Part shown: one piece after another, positions 45,800 to 61,500 of the stretch
Layout: each line of letters starts with the position of its first letter
Numbering within the stretch: position 1 is the stretch's first letter
Assembly (NCBI GenBank): GCA_002269645.1
Contig: NIVC01000290.1
Location: forward strand, 1 to 64,000
Direction of reading: 5' to 3'
DNA: 64,000 bases
Source: Macrostomum lignano
Lineage: Eukaryota
Translations under genes and position numbers: made by a program
The notes under the pieces: model-generated
The model's input: the letters and a program-made list of their open reading frames with translations, nothing else
Databases searched by the model: none
What the model was told of the DNA's origin: nothing

Positions 45800-47504
45800 T
45801 GGAATTGAAACAGCTTTGAATGCGAAGTCAGATTATAAATTCTTGCTTGGACCTGCTTTGTTTAGATCGCGGCGTCTCCCACGTTCTCGTATTTATACTG
45901 GCTAGCAACTTGGAACGAAAGGAGGGGGAATCCATGGTATATCCAACGGCCGCCTGCCCCTTGCAAGCAACGTATTACCGACGCAATGGGAGATCCATGA
46001 CTCACAGCTAAAAATAGATCAGTCCGGCGCGGCCTCAACACGCTGAAAAGCCTTCCCCCCGAGGTTTTGTACGCGTGTTCTAAAAATAGCCCGGCTGAAC
46101 AGAATGAGGGCCAATGTACATTTATCATCATTTATCTGTCTAACCGCCGACGCGAATGCCACGCTGGCGGGGCCCAGTTAGTCAGCCATGAATGAATGTG
46201 ACGAAATAGTAATACGTGGCCCAACGAGTGAAATGCAACTGCATGCAGAGCTCACTGGCGCAATTTGAACTTTGCTTGATAAACGGCAATCAAAATCCAA
46301 ATTCCAAACTCCACACGGTGCAGCAGCCAAAAGTTTGTCTAATCTAATGTTCAATTTAATGTCATTATTCAGCTAGTTACGTGCCAAATGTGCCATTGTA
46401 AAAAATAGTTCCGTATTTTGTCCACATGTGACAGACAGACAGAGTGTCGTCATTTCCTTGTTTTCCACAGGCAGTACCGCAAATAGAAACGCAGAAAAAG
46501 CTTATTTTGCTTTGACATCAAATGAAAGTTCCGCGTGTTTCGTAAATTCCGAGTAATTTAACTTGCCTATAGCTGATTAGGAGTTTTTGGAACGGAGCCA
46601 AGTTTTAGGCTTTTAGCCAAGGGAATAGTTTAGCATCGCAAAGCGTTTTGTTTTCAAAATTGTCGATGCATTTTTTTTGGGGGGGGGGCTTCATAGGACC
46701 GAAATTTCACAACACCGAAAATTCTGCACGGTCCAATTGTTGTATTAAATTTTCTACGATGTGAACTTTCGGTCTTATAAAAGCGACCCAATTTCGGTAG
46801 TAGAGTATTCCAATATACAGTGTACCAATTACCTGCTGCCAACAATTTCAGTCAGTCAATCGGTCCAAATAGATTTCAGCAGATTAATTGAGGTCTGTAA
46901 GTAATTTGTCAAATTTCCTGACTATTTCTAAAGCAATATTATTTATTGTCGACCAAAAAACGCATGAAGCAGATGTGCTCCGCTCTACTAAGAGTAGGGC
47001 AAATCGGTTTTGACTAACTAAGTGCAGTTGTAAAATTGGAGATGTTGCTTCTCAATTACTCGCCACATGCAGCTGAATGTCAATGGGGAAATGTGCCGCA
47101 GCAGCAGTATTTTAACAAACTATAAGTTATTTTTTTAATCGTCTCGTTTCTATAGGAACTAATTTTTTGAGTTGCGAAAGGTTAAACTGTTTCAATTATG
47201 TCTTCAACACTACGACAAGATCGGTGCTGCGAAATAAAAGCATTAAATGTAAATGCGTACTAAAGATAGAATGTGCCTAAGTACATGCATGCCGTCAGTA
47301 CAGTCAGTTCATTTTGTGTTTTGTTCGGTCGTCCAGACTCCAAACCGCCAGCCCAGACCGCAGACGTACGGACAGGCGTCTGTCAGTAGCAGTAGCGGCG
47401 GCAACAGGAGGACCGACACGACTGACAGGAGGAGAGCTGCATGCATGACTCCGTCTGATCGAGGCGGAAGTGCACGACTTTTTTGAGGGCTTTACAGGGT
47501 TCGC

Positions 47505-48655
47505 TGAGTCACTGGGTGCTCTTTATTGGCTCACTGGGTGTTCCTTATTGGCTCACTGAGTGTTCCCTATTGGGTCACTGGGTGTTCCCTATTGGGTCAC
47601 TGAGTGTTCCCTATTGGCTCACTGGGTGTTCCTTATTGAGTCAATGGGTGTTCCTTATTGGGTCACTGCGTGTTCCTTATTGGGTCACTGCGTGTTCCTT
47701 ATTGGGTCACTGAGTGTTCCCTATTGGGTCACTGAGTGTTCCCTATTGGGTCACTGGGTGTTCCCTATTGGGTCACTGAGTGTTCCCTATTGGCTCACTG
47801 GGTGTTCCTTATTGAGTCAATGGGTGTTCCTTATTGGGTCACTGCGTGTTCCTTATTGGGTCACTGCGTGTTCCTTATTGGGTCACTGAGTGTTCCCTAT
47901 TGGCTCACTGGGTGTTCCTTATTGAGTCAATGGGTGTTCCTTATTGGGTCACTGCGTGTTCCTTATTGGGTCACTGCGTGTTCCTTATTGGGTCACTGAG
48001 TGTTCCCTATTGGGTCACTGAGTGTTCCCTATTGGCTCACTGGGTGTTCCTTATTGAGTCAATGGGTGTTCCTTATTGGGTCACTGCGTGTTCCTTATTG
48101 GGTCACTGCGTGTTCCTTATTGGGTCACTGAGTGTTCCCTATTGGCTCACTGGGTGTTCCTTATTGAGTCAATGGGTGTTCCTTATTGGGTCACTGCGTG
48201 TTCCTTATTGGGTCACTGCGTGTTCCTTATTGGGTCACTGGGTGTTGCTTATTGGGTCACTGGGTGTTCCTTATTGGGTCACTGGGTGTTCCTTATTGAG
48301 TCAATGGGTGTTCCTTATTGGGTCACTGCGTGTTCCTTATTGGGTCACTGGGTGTTCCTTATTGGGTCACTGGGTGTTCCTTATTGAGTCAATGGGTGTT
48401 CCTTATTGGGTCACTGCGTGTTCCCTATTGGGTCACTGGGTGTTCCCTATTGGGTCACTGGGTGTTCCCTATTGGGTCACTGGGTGTTCCCTATTGGGTC
48501 ACTGGGTGTTCCCTATTGAGTCACTGGGTATTTCTTATTGGGTCACTGGGTGTTCCCTATTGGGTCACTGGGTGTTCCCTATTGGGTCACTGGGTATTTC
48601 TTATTGGGTCACTGCGTGTTCCTTATTGGGTCACTGGGTTCCTTATTGGGTCATT
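47505..48655. repeat. 22-bp minisatellite (attgggtcactgggtgttccct)n with higher-order variant blocks
   Basis: Direct inspection. Confidence 0.95.
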
Positions 48656-49285
48656 CTTAGAAAAGCTTTCATACTCAGCAATTTGCCTGTCAGGCAAAGA
48701 ATTTTGTTCTGTTATTGTGAAAACTAAATCAATTCCAAGTTCCATTTTTTCGGAAAATGTCCTGATTTAATACTTTTACCAGTATGAGCACATTTGGTGC
48801 GGCAATATCCTCGGGTAAGCTGCAAGTAGTGTGTTGCGCTTAGAGAGCGCGTGACTGCTAAATTTATTTTCAGGCAAAGCAAAAATGCGAGCAGCCGGCT
48901 GTGAGGCGGGGCTGATGGCTCATGGAATTTGGGCAGGCGTGCGTGTCGGTGAACATCAAAGACTCCGCATCTGCAGAGGGCTGAAGTCACTCGCGTGCGG
49001 CAATTCCATTATTCGTTTAGGGGCCTAGAAAGAGATCACGTGACCTCCGCTAAAAAAACAATCGCTAATCAAAGCAGAGGCTAAAAGCTGCTATTTACTG
49101 CTAAAAAGTTGAGGCGATTTGGTTAAGAACTCACAACCTGCTGGGCCCGTCAGCTCTGCATGGCCTCCACGTGCCCGTCGCAAAATCAAGGCGACCCAGC
49201 GAGCAGGCCAGCCATTCCCCTGACCCTGAACAGGCGCTCACACAGGGTGTACAGTGACCCTGACTTTCTCATAGTTGGTCAACCG

Positions 49286-49660
49286 TGTACACACACTGTA
49301 CACTGTACACACTGTGCACTGTACACACACTGTGCACTGTACACACACTGTGCACTGTACACACACTGTGCACTGTACACACTGTGCACTGTACACACAC
49401 TGTGCACTGTACACACACTGTGCACTGTACACACTGTGCACTGTACACACACTGTGCACTGTACACACACTGTGCACTGTACAAACACTGTGCACTGTAC
49501 AAACACTGTGCACTGTACACACACTGTGCACTGTACACACACTGTGCACTGTACACACACTGTGCACTGTACACACACTGTGCACTGTACACACACTGTG
49601 CACTGTACAAACACTGTGCACTGTACACACACTGTGCACTGTACACATACTGTGCACTGA
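49286..49660. repeat. 16/18-bp minisatellite (acactgtgcactgtacac)n
   Basis: Direct inspection. Confidence 0.95.
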
Positions 49661-50021
49661 GCACACCAAACCAGTGGGCCGCGCACCCGGAATCGAACCT
49701 TGGGTAAATTCGATAGCTTGAGAATCGGCCCTTGATTTTGGTCCCGCAGGGATACAATTTGTCCTGTTTGCTTTCATCTCAGAAAGGTGCACAAAGTTGA
49801 TGATAAAAAAGAAGAAACGATTCGGACCGTGCGTATTTGGAAACATCTACATGTATGCCTGTTAATTTATACGGTTGGGAAAGTAGCGAAAATGGATAAC
49901 TCTGTGGTGCATGGGCTGTAGGTGTGAAATATTCATTGTGGCTGGGCTGGCCTGATTCTCGGAATTCCCGGCAGTCAGGGAATCCACTCAAGTCTATAAA
50001 TAGAAACGGAGCTTGGGATTT

Positions 50022-53000
50022 TCAGCTGCCCGCATTCTGCGGCCGCCTCCGCCGGCGTCGCCGCCTCCGCAGCAGCCGGGCGATGGCGTGCCGGAAGTCC
50101 TGATTGAAGACGGTGTACAGCACCGGGTTCAGCGCGCTGTTCGCGTAGCCCAGCCAGATGGCCAAGAACTGGACAGCCTCCAGCACCGCAGACGGCGGCT
50201 GGTCGCCGCCCGACGATTCGTTGCTGGTGACGCCGCGGACTAGGTACATCAGCGTGAAGGGCATCCAGCAGACGATAAACACCACGACGATGGCCAGCAT
50301 GCGCTGGGTAGCCCGCTGCTCCCGGAGGTCCGCTCGGCGAGGTCCCCGACGGTTAAGCGATAGCGGCTCGGCTGCCGTGGCGGCCTCGTGCGCCTCCTCC
50401 TCCAGCTGTGGCGCCACCGCCGCCGCCGCCGCCGCCGTGGGGTTCTCCAGAACGCAGGGCTCGTCGCCGGCCTCCGCGGCAGCTTCGCCATCGTCGTCAG
50501 CGACTGCTTCCTCGGTGGCGCTGCGGTTGTCGGCGATGGTTGGCGCCGGCAGCACCGTGGCCAGGTCGAGCTCGCGGTCGAACCAGACGCCGCTGGGCTG
50601 GTTCAGCTGCCGGTGCTGCTGCAGTCGGCGCTTGCGCAGGCAGCGAGCCCGCCGGCGCAGCAGGTGGAAGATCCGGGCGTACAGCACAACTAGGATGAGC
50701 AGCGGCAGGATGAAGCTGCCAGTTGCCGAGTAGATCACGTAGTTCGTCTCCTTAAACAGGTCGCAGGTGACGCGGCCGTCCCAGCTGGAGTTGGCGGCTC
50801 GCACCGGCACCAGAGAGCGGCCGAGCTTGGCCGCCGGGTCAACGAACTCGCGGCCGTCCCAGCCGATGAGTGGCGGCAGGCAGATGAGGCAGCTCAGCAG
50901 CCACACCAGAACCGAGTAGGCGACCGCCCGGCAGCGGTGCTGCTTCTCGCGGTACCACAGCGGGCAGACGGTGGCTGTAAACCGGTCGAAGGCGATGGCC
51001 ACGAGGCTCCACACGGAGGCGGTGCAGTAGAGCACATCCAGGCTGAGCCACAGGTTGCACAGCACCGGGCCGAACTGCCAGTGGCCTGCGGTGGGCAATG
51101 CGGAGTGACGTCACTTTCGGTGAGGAATGCGGAATGACGTCACTTTCGGTGAGGAATGCGGAATGACGTCACTTTCGATGAGGAATGCGGAATGACGTCA
51201 TCACTTTCGGTGAGGAATGCGGAGTGACGTCACTTTGGGTCAGGAATGCGGAATGACGCCACTGGGTGAGAAGTGCATAGCGTCGAGAAATACAAAGCAA
51301 TTCACATTGACGTCCATTGACGGTTAGGTTAGGAATTTTTGTGCCATGACTGCTGCCGAAGCATACATAGTGACATCACTACAGGTGAACTCCATCTCGC
51401 TCCTTTCCCTTTCGTTTATTCAACACCGTAGAGTTTCAGCTTAACAGTTGCAGTCCCGTGAATATGGCTGGCTGCCTCAGCTTGCGAAAATCTTCCTATT
51501 ATCTCTTTGCACTTTTATGGGACTATTCTTTGAGTAAACCACTTTGAGTAAAGCCGCTCATTTGCATTCCAGTTTCTGATTGGATTCTGCCATAGTTTGT
51601 GTTTTATCCCGTTTTATCCCAAATCTGCATTTCCTAAAAGTTGTGAAAGTGCGACGCTTTGGGTCTGCGCCTGCCCTCCTTTGATGCATATGCGATCCCC
51701 ACCCGGACACTGTCCCACCGACAGTTGCTCCCCCACCCGGACACTGTCCCACCGACAGTTGCTCCCCCACCCGGACACTTTCCCACCGGCACTGATCCCC
51801 ACCCGGACACTGTCCCACCGGCATTGATTTCCACCCGGACACTGTCCCACCGGCACTGATCCCCACCCGGACACTGTCCCACAGGCACTGATCCCCACCC
51901 GGACACTGTCCCACCGGCACTAATCCCCACCCGGACACTGTCCCACAGGCACTGATCCCCACCCGGACACTGTCCCACCGGCACTGATCCCCACCCGGAC
52001 ACTGCCCCACCGGCACTGATCCCCACCCGGACACTGTCCCACCGGCACTGATCCCCACCCGGACACTGTCCCACCGGCACTGATCCCCACCCGGACACTG
52101 TCCCAACGGCACTGATCCCCACCCGGACACTGTCCTTCCGGCACTGATCCCCACCCGGACACTGTCCCACAGGCACTGATCCCCACCCGGACACTGTCCC
52201 ACCGGCACTGATCCCCACCCGGACACTGTCCCACAGGCACTGATCCCCACCCGGACACTGTCCCACCGGCACTAATCCCCACCCGGACACTGTCCCACAG
52301 GCACTGATCCCCACCCGGACACTGTCCCACCGGCACTGATCCCCACCCGGACACTGCCCCACAGGCACTGATCCCCACCCGGACACTGTCCCACCGGCAC
52401 TGATCCCCACCCGGACACTGTCCCACCGGCACTGATCCCCACCCGGACACTGTCCCAACGGCACTGATCCCCACCCGGACACTGTCCTTCCGGCACTGAT
52501 CCCCACCCGGACACTGTCCCAACGGCACTGATCCCCACCCGGACACTGTCCTTCCGGCACTGATCCCCACCCGGACACTGTCCCACCGGCACTGATCCCC
52601 ACCCGGACACTGTCCCACAGGCACTGATCCCCACCCGGACACTGTCCCACCGGCACTGATCCCCACCCGGACACTGTCCCACCGGCACTGATCCCCACCC
52701 GGACACTGTCCCACAGGCACTGATCCCCACCCGGACACTGTCCCACCGGCACTGATCCCCACCCGGACACTGTCCCACCGACAGTTGCTCCCCCACCCGG
52801 ACACTGTCTCACCGGCACTGATCCCCACCCGGACACTGTCCCACCGGCACTGATCCCCACCCGGACACTGTCCCACCGGCACTGATCCCCACCCGGACAC
52901 TGCCCCACAGGCACTGATCCCCACCCGGACACTGTCCCACCGGCACTGATCCCCACCCGGACACTGTCCCACCGGCACTGATCCCCACCCGGACACTGTC

Positions 53001-56000
53001 CCAACGGCACTGATCCCCACCCGGACACTGTCCTTCCGGCACTGATCCCCACCCGGACACTGTCCCAACGGCACTGATCCCCACCCGGACACTGTCCTTC
53101 CGGCACTGATCCCCACCCGGACACTGTCCCACCGGCACTGATCCCCACCCGGACACTGTCCCACAGGCACTGATCCCCACCCGGACACTGTCCCACCGGC
53201 ACTGATCCCCACCCGGACACTGTCCCACCGGCACTGATCCCCACCCGGACACTGTCCCACAGGCACTGATCCCCACCCGGACACTGTCCCACCGGCACTG
53301 ATCCCCACCCGGACACTGTCCCACCGACAGTTGCTCCCCCACCCGGACACTGTCTCACCGGCACTGATCCCCACCCGGACACTGTCCCACCGGCACTGAT
53401 CCCCACCCGGACACTGTCCCACAGGCACTGATCCCCACCCGGACACTGTCCCACCGGCACTGATCCCCACCCGGACACTTTCCCACCGGCACTGATCCCC
53501 ACCCGGACACAATCATCCCCGCACAGAAAGGCGGCCCTTCAGGCCTTGCAGCGGCCGGACAGGAGCTGAAAAGCCCGCAGCAGCCTCTCCCGCCGCACAG
53601 GGCAGGTCAGCGGGCCGCCCCAGCTGAGCAGTCTCAGACCGCAATTGACTGTGACAGTTTTATTGCCCCACCCACCGCCTCGTCTGGCCAGCCTCATCTT
53701 CGCGGCTCCATCAACTTGGCCAGCATCCTCGCAGCTACGAATTTCAAGTCTTTCTGCATCTTCCCAGCATCCCACCGGCCTCATCCCCGGTTGCGGATTC
53801 GCACAGCTCTGGGGAGGACTTTAATCGCAAGAGCTGCTGCAGAAAAGATTGATGACCGCCGGGTCAGATCAGGCTGAGCTCGAGAGTCCTGAGAATTTGC
53901 ATTTTATTTAGAGATGAAAAATGAGCGAGATGGAAAGTTTTCAAATTTCGCAGGAAGCAGTGCTGGAAATGCTATTTTTGTCCCACGGCAGAATTATTTT
54001 TTGTTTGAGAGAAAATGTGACATAATTCGTATTGAAATCATCCGAATAAATAATAACCGAACATTCCCGAACGCTAAAATTACCCAAATCAAATAATTCC
54101 CCAAGCCAAAAATTCCTCTTCGAATGCTGTCCCCTTCGAATGCTGTCCCCTTCGAATGCTATCCCCTTCGAATGCTGTCCCCTTCGAATGCTGTCCCCTT
54201 CGAATGCTGTCCCCTTCGAATGCTATCCCCTTCGAATGCTGTCCCCTTCGAATGCTGTCCCCTTCGAATGCTATCCCCTTCGAATGCTGTCCCCTTCGAA
54301 TGCTGTTCCCTTCGAATGCTGTTCCCTTCGAATGCTGTCCCCTTCGAATGCTGTCCCCTTCGAATGCTGTTCCCTTCGAATGCTGTTCCCTTCGAATGCT
54401 GTCCCTTAAGTGCCGTCTGACATCCCGGCCAGGAATCCCAGCCACTCGCCCCCGGCCCAATTTGCATAAGTCCGTTGGGCAGCGCTCCCACGGGGAGCCG
54501 GGAGGTGAGGGCGGCAGCTGGGGGGGGGGCAATCAGGCGGGTCAGCGCGGGTCGGAGGGCCGCCAGCCGTGGGGAACACAAAATCTGCGGCCATCCGGCC
54601 AGCCCGGACACTTTCCCCGGCCACTTCTTTAACTCGGCCTTCTGTGGTCAAAATATCCCGAGCATTGGCGCGACCGCTTCCAACCAATTTGGGCCGCCTA
54701 TTTCTGGCCAGCCCTCTGAACAACTTCGAATTTGAGCAGCTCTGCTTTTGGGACATGTTTTACCGAAGTGGCGCTTCCGGTTCTCGGAGGGCTCCGCCAT
54801 CTCGGCTGAGCAAACTCACAGCAAGGATTAGCGGCGCTGGGATCAGACTGGGGATGAGCGAAATGGCCTCACAAACTTTTATTGCTCATCATCTACTCAG
54901 CTGCAGACTGGCAGCTGCGGACTCAGCTGATCGCTGCTCACGCCTGATCCGGACTTTGATGGGGCTCCTCAGGATCACTGAGTCCCCACCTCATCTCTGC
55001 TCAGCTTACTTTCTGTCTGGCTCACCCTCCTCTCCATCTACTCTCTGCCTGTCTCACCCTCCTCTCTATCTACTCTCTGCCTGTCTCACCCTCCTCTCCA
55101 TCTACTCTCTGCCTGTCTCACCCTCCTCTCTATCTACTCTCTGCCTGTCTCACCCTTTTCTCCATCTATTCTCTGCCTGTCTCACCCTCCTCTCCATCTA
55201 CTCTCTGCCTGTCTCCACCTCCTCTCCATCTACTCTCTACCTGTCTCACCCTCCTCTCCATCTACTCTCTACCTGTCTCATCCTCCTCTCCATCTACTCT
55301 AATTTCTGCCTGTCTCACCCTCCTCTCCATCTACTCTACTTTCTGCCTGTCTCACCCTCCTCTCCATCTACTCTCTACCTGTCTCACCCTCCTCTCCATC
55401 TACTCTCTACCTGTCTCATCCTCCTCTTCATCTAATCTCTGCCTGTCTCACCCTTTTCTCCATCTATTCTCTGCCTGTCTCACCCTCCTCTCCATCTACT
55501 CTCTGTCTGTCTCACCCACCCCGCGATCTACTCTCCGCTTGTCTCATATCTCACTCCCTTCAATATACTCTGTTCTAATCTTCTCGTCTCCTTCACCCAC
55601 CCTCTCCCTGTCTCACCCACTACTCCATCCACGCACACAATCCAGTCTGGTTCATTTCAGGTCAAACCGATTGCCGCAGGCGGTGTTTGCTCAGGCGGCT
55701 GCGCACTTCTTTGAGTGGGCGGAAATACGACTCAGGGAATGTTCTTGGTGTAAGGAACGAGATTCGAAGACGGCGCTGGGTCTTAGAGACATCGAAATGT
55801 TTTATAGTACAGTGCTACATTTGAATAATTTGTCAAAGTACGACAGCTGGGTGTGGAATTCACGATGGCCCTGAGCACTCACTCACTCACACACTCACTC
55901 ATTCACTCAGTCACTCATTCACTCACTCACTCATTCACTCACTCACCCATCACGGCATTCACAGAGGACAATGGCAGCACAGTGAGCGCCAGCAGGAAGT

Positions 56001-56187
56001 CGCTGATCGCCAGGTTGCCAATCAGCAGGTTGGGGGCGCTGCGCAGCTGCCGGTAGCTCAGCAGCGCCAGCAGCACGAGGCCGTTGCCAAGCAGAGTCCA
56101 GAGAGTCAGGCAGCTCAGCAGAGCGGACAGCAGCAGCTTGAGGGCCAGCGGCCAGGAGTCGTTGGGCACCGCAGAGTCCTCGGTCAT
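50022..56187 (-). CDS. Biogenic amine GPCR (tyramine/octopamine-receptor-like). Exons 56187-55947, 51085-50022 (434 aa; may extend 5')
   Basis: TM1 GN, TM2 NLAISD, GHWQFG..LC, TM3 LDVLYC (D3.32), DRF, TM5 YSATGSF, CWMPF, WLGYANSALNPVLY. Phase-1 GT-AG intron. Confidence 0.93.
51100..51262. repeat. 29-bp minisatellite carrying five perfect TGACGTCA (CRE) palindromes next to the GPCR acceptor
   Basis: TGACGTCA at 51106, 51135, 51164, 51193, 51225. Confidence 0.9.
51690..53510. repeat. 32-bp minisatellite (ccccacccggacactgtcccaccggcactgat)n, ~1.8 kb
   Basis: Direct inspection; repeated variant blocks suggest a higher-order duplication. Confidence 0.97.
54118..54408. repeat. 16-bp minisatellite (ttcgaatgctgtcccc)n
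   Basis: Direct inspection. Confidence 0.95.
55010..55520. repeat. ~32-bp pyrimidine-rich minisatellite (ctctctgcctgtctcaccctcctctccatcta)n
   Basis: Direct inspection. Confidence 0.9.
55873..55946. repeat. (GTGA)n-type microsatellite starting at the GPCR donor (sense strand)
   Basis: The plus strand reads (actc)n up to the donor at 55946. Confidence 0.9.
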
Positions 56188-56689
56188 CCTGCTGTACTGG
56201 ACTTTGGGCTCCGTCTCCGCAAGCAGATCGCCCGGCCACTGGTGCGGCCTGCTGCCCTTTTCAACGCTTCTAGAAGTCCGGTAGAGTTGTTGCTGCGGGG
56301 CGTTGCTGGGTGACGGACGCGCCCGAATACTAATAGCCGGCCTGTCTTGCCTGGCTGCCCGCAGCTCCGCTTTCCTCCGACACTGAATGGATTGCGGTTT
56401 CTACTAGGGTGCAGCAACTACACAAATTGCACAAGCTGTGCAGCAACTGTGAGCGAAGCAGGAAATACCGACGGAGGAGGGCGCGCTTCCATCTTCGTTC
56501 TGGCCGGGTCCGGCTTGAGAGCCTGCGGCGGAGAGCCGCCTGAAATTTGGCGGCAGGCGGGGTGGCCGCCCGAATTCCGGAGCCCCCATTGGGCGGAGCA
56601 GAAACTGGGGTGGCGCCTCTCACCGCCTCTGCACTGCTTTTCTGCCGGTGTGTCTGCATTTCTGTCCATAACAGCATGCCTTCCTGTGT

Positions 56690-58521
<1,832 letters not shown>

Positions 58522-58529
58522 TACAGGTG

Positions 58530-61500
58530 TCAGACGCTGATGAGGCTCTGCCTGGCCAGCGGGGCAATCGGGCTGCTGTCCCTCCGCACAACGCCGCGGG
58601 CGCCGCCAGCCACAGCTGGCCGGGACCAGAACCAGAGGGGTCGCTGCTGCTCTTCATCGGACGGCTCCCGCCGTTGCCGCTGCCGTGGCCGCTGATGCTC
58701 CTGACGGTTCACCTTCCACGTGACGGTGCTGCGCGATTGTCGACTGTCACCCGAAACCGTTCCGTCGGCCTCGTCGGTGGCAGCGGCGGCGTCCTCAGCG
58801 GCTGCGAAAGTGGCAGCGGCAGCAAGCTCGTCCTCCACGGACTGCAGATACTGGGCCAGGTTGTCCGACTCGTGGCCGGGGGACTTGCGAATCCACTCCA
58901 TTGACGGCTCCGTCAGCCCGTCTGGGAAGGCGCAGCGAAGGCCTTCGGCGCAGCGGGACGAAATCTGAAGTTGAAAAGGAGATTCCTCAAGGTGAAGGGG
59001 ATTCCCAGAGCTAAGGGGATTCCGCAAGAGGAAAGGAATCCTTAAGGGGAATGGGATTCTTGAAGGTGAAGGGATTCCCTAAGGTGAAAGGTATTCCTCA
59101 AGGTGAAGGGTATTCCTCAAGGTGAAGGGTATTCCCCAAGGTGAAGGGTATTCCTAAAGGTGAAAGGATTCCTCAATTAAGGTCTGGGGATTCCTCAAAG
59201 GGAGGGGATTCCTCAAGGTGAGGGGATTCCTCAAGGTGAAGGGATTCCTCAAACGGAAATCCCTACTGTTTAGTCAGATTCCCAAACTGACTTTACTGAA
59301 GTTGGAAGTACTGGGGAACTACCTGGAGAAATAAATAATAAAATTGATTGAATAATAATTAATGATTTTTTACGACCTTAAGAGTCCAGGAGAGCAGCTC
59401 ACCTCCAGGTTGTAGTCCAGAATCTCGGAGGTGTGAAAGTCCTCATCATCATCTCCGAACGGGTTCATAACGCACATGGCCACCTTCAGCCAGCCCATGA
59501 GGAACAGGAACTGTGGGATCGGTTCAGTACTTCATGGTTCCTCTCACCTATTTCACCTAACGGTCACTCCTCTCTCACCTGTTTCACCTGTCAGTCACTT
59601 CCTGTCACCTGTTTCACCTGGCTGTCACTTCCTGTCACCGGTTTCACCTGGCTGTCACTCCTCTCTCACCTGTTTCGCCTGTCAGTCACTTCCTGTCACC
59701 TGTTTCACCTGGCTGTCACTTTATTCAATCTATTTCATTTGGAGACCTCCTCCAACGAGTTTCACGTGAAGCCACTTTCCCCTGCCCCGGACATGCCAGA
59801 TTCCTCCAACTTCCTCTCCCTCACCTGAAACACGGTGAACACGGGAAAGTACATGTCGATGACCTCGCCTCGATTGTCGCTGCCGATGGATACCGGCGAC
59901 ACCGCGGTCGAGCTGTTGCTGAGGTGGCTCAGCAGATCGGCAGTCAGCTTCGGGTTGACGAACTGCTGGCTGAACAGCTGCAGAAGGAAGTAGCTGTACA
60001 CCGCGATGATCACCACCTGGCGAAGATCGTTAGTTATGGCGGTGGAAAGTTCCGGGATTTGGGAATTCGAGTCTGCATAGTCTTTTTAAACTGGTGCGAT
60101 ATTTCTACCTGACTTTTTCAAAGTTCTCTTTATTTTTTCACAGCTCCTCTCTCCCGCTCATCTCCCTCTCTACCACTTCGCTCCTCTCCCTCTCCCTCTC
60201 CTCTCCCTCTCCCTCTCCCTCTCCTCTTCTTCTTCCTCTCCTCTCCCTCTCCCTCTCCCTCTCCTCTTCCTCTTCCTCTCCTCTCCCTCTCCTCTTCCTC
60301 TCCTCTCCCTCTCCTCTTCCTCTTCCTCTCCTCTCCCTCTCCCTCTCCTCTCCCTCTCCTCTCCCCCTCCTCTCCCTCTCCTCTCCCTCTCCTCTCCCTC
60401 TCCTCTCCCTCTCCTCTCCTCTCCCTCTCCCTCTCCCTCTCCCTCTCCTCTCCCCTCCTTTCCCTCTCCTCTCCCTCTCCTCTCCTCTCCCTCTCCCTCT
60501 CCTCTCCCTCTCCTCTCCTCTCCCTCTCCCTCTCCTCTCCCTCTCCTTCTCCCTCTCCTCTTCCTCTCCCTCTCCTCTCCCTCTCCCTCTCCCTCTCCCT
60601 CTCGTTCTTCCTCACTCTCTCCCTCAATTCCCCATCGCGTCTCTCCCGTATCAGCCCCTTTGGCCCCGCCTTTCACCTGCGTGTACACCAGCGGTATCAT
60701 GACGTCATTGTAGATGATGAGCATCTGCATCATGCCGCGCACCTCCTCGATCTCCTCCATGAGCATCACCATGGAGCGCGGGTCGCAGAAGCCGTGCACC
60801 ATGGCCTTCTTGCACAGCAGGGCCGCCCACTGCAGCGGCAGCCAGTAGTCTGGCACGTAGCGCCTACCGTACCGCGCCTCGTAGTTCGCCTCGGCCCTGA
60901 CGAAGGCCGCGATTTCAGCCTCGGTGACCAGCTTCTTGAAGTGCAGCCGGACCCCCGGGCAGCGGTTGACTGTCTCCAGTAGGCTGCGGACTCCGCTGTG
61001 CTCCTGCAGTGGGGGTCAGGATGGGTGTCAGAATGGGTTTCAGGATGGGTGTCAGGATGGGTGTCAGGATGGGTGTCAGAATGGGTGTCAGGATGGGTGT
61101 CAGGATGGGTGTCAGAATGGGTGTCAGGATGGGTGTCAGAATGGGTTTCAGGATGGGTGTCAGGATGGGTGTCAGGATGGGTGTCAGAATATGGGTGTCA
61201 GGATTGTGTGTCAGAGTGGGTATCAGAATGGGTGTCAGGATGGGTGTCAGGATGGGTGTCAGGATGGGTGTCAGGATGGGTGTCAGGATGGGTGTCAGGA
61301 TGGGTGTCAGGGTGGGTGTCAGGATGGATGTCAGAATGATTTTCATCATGGCAAGTGCCAAATCGATTGTCAGTGCAAGCGTCAGCGACAGTTGCCGGCC
61401 CTCTGTCAGTGTTCAGCATAAGCTAATTGAAGAACAGCTGAGCAGCTCAGCCAATCCATCAGATACCTGAAGTAGGCAATTTTCCAGGAAACATCCGGCG

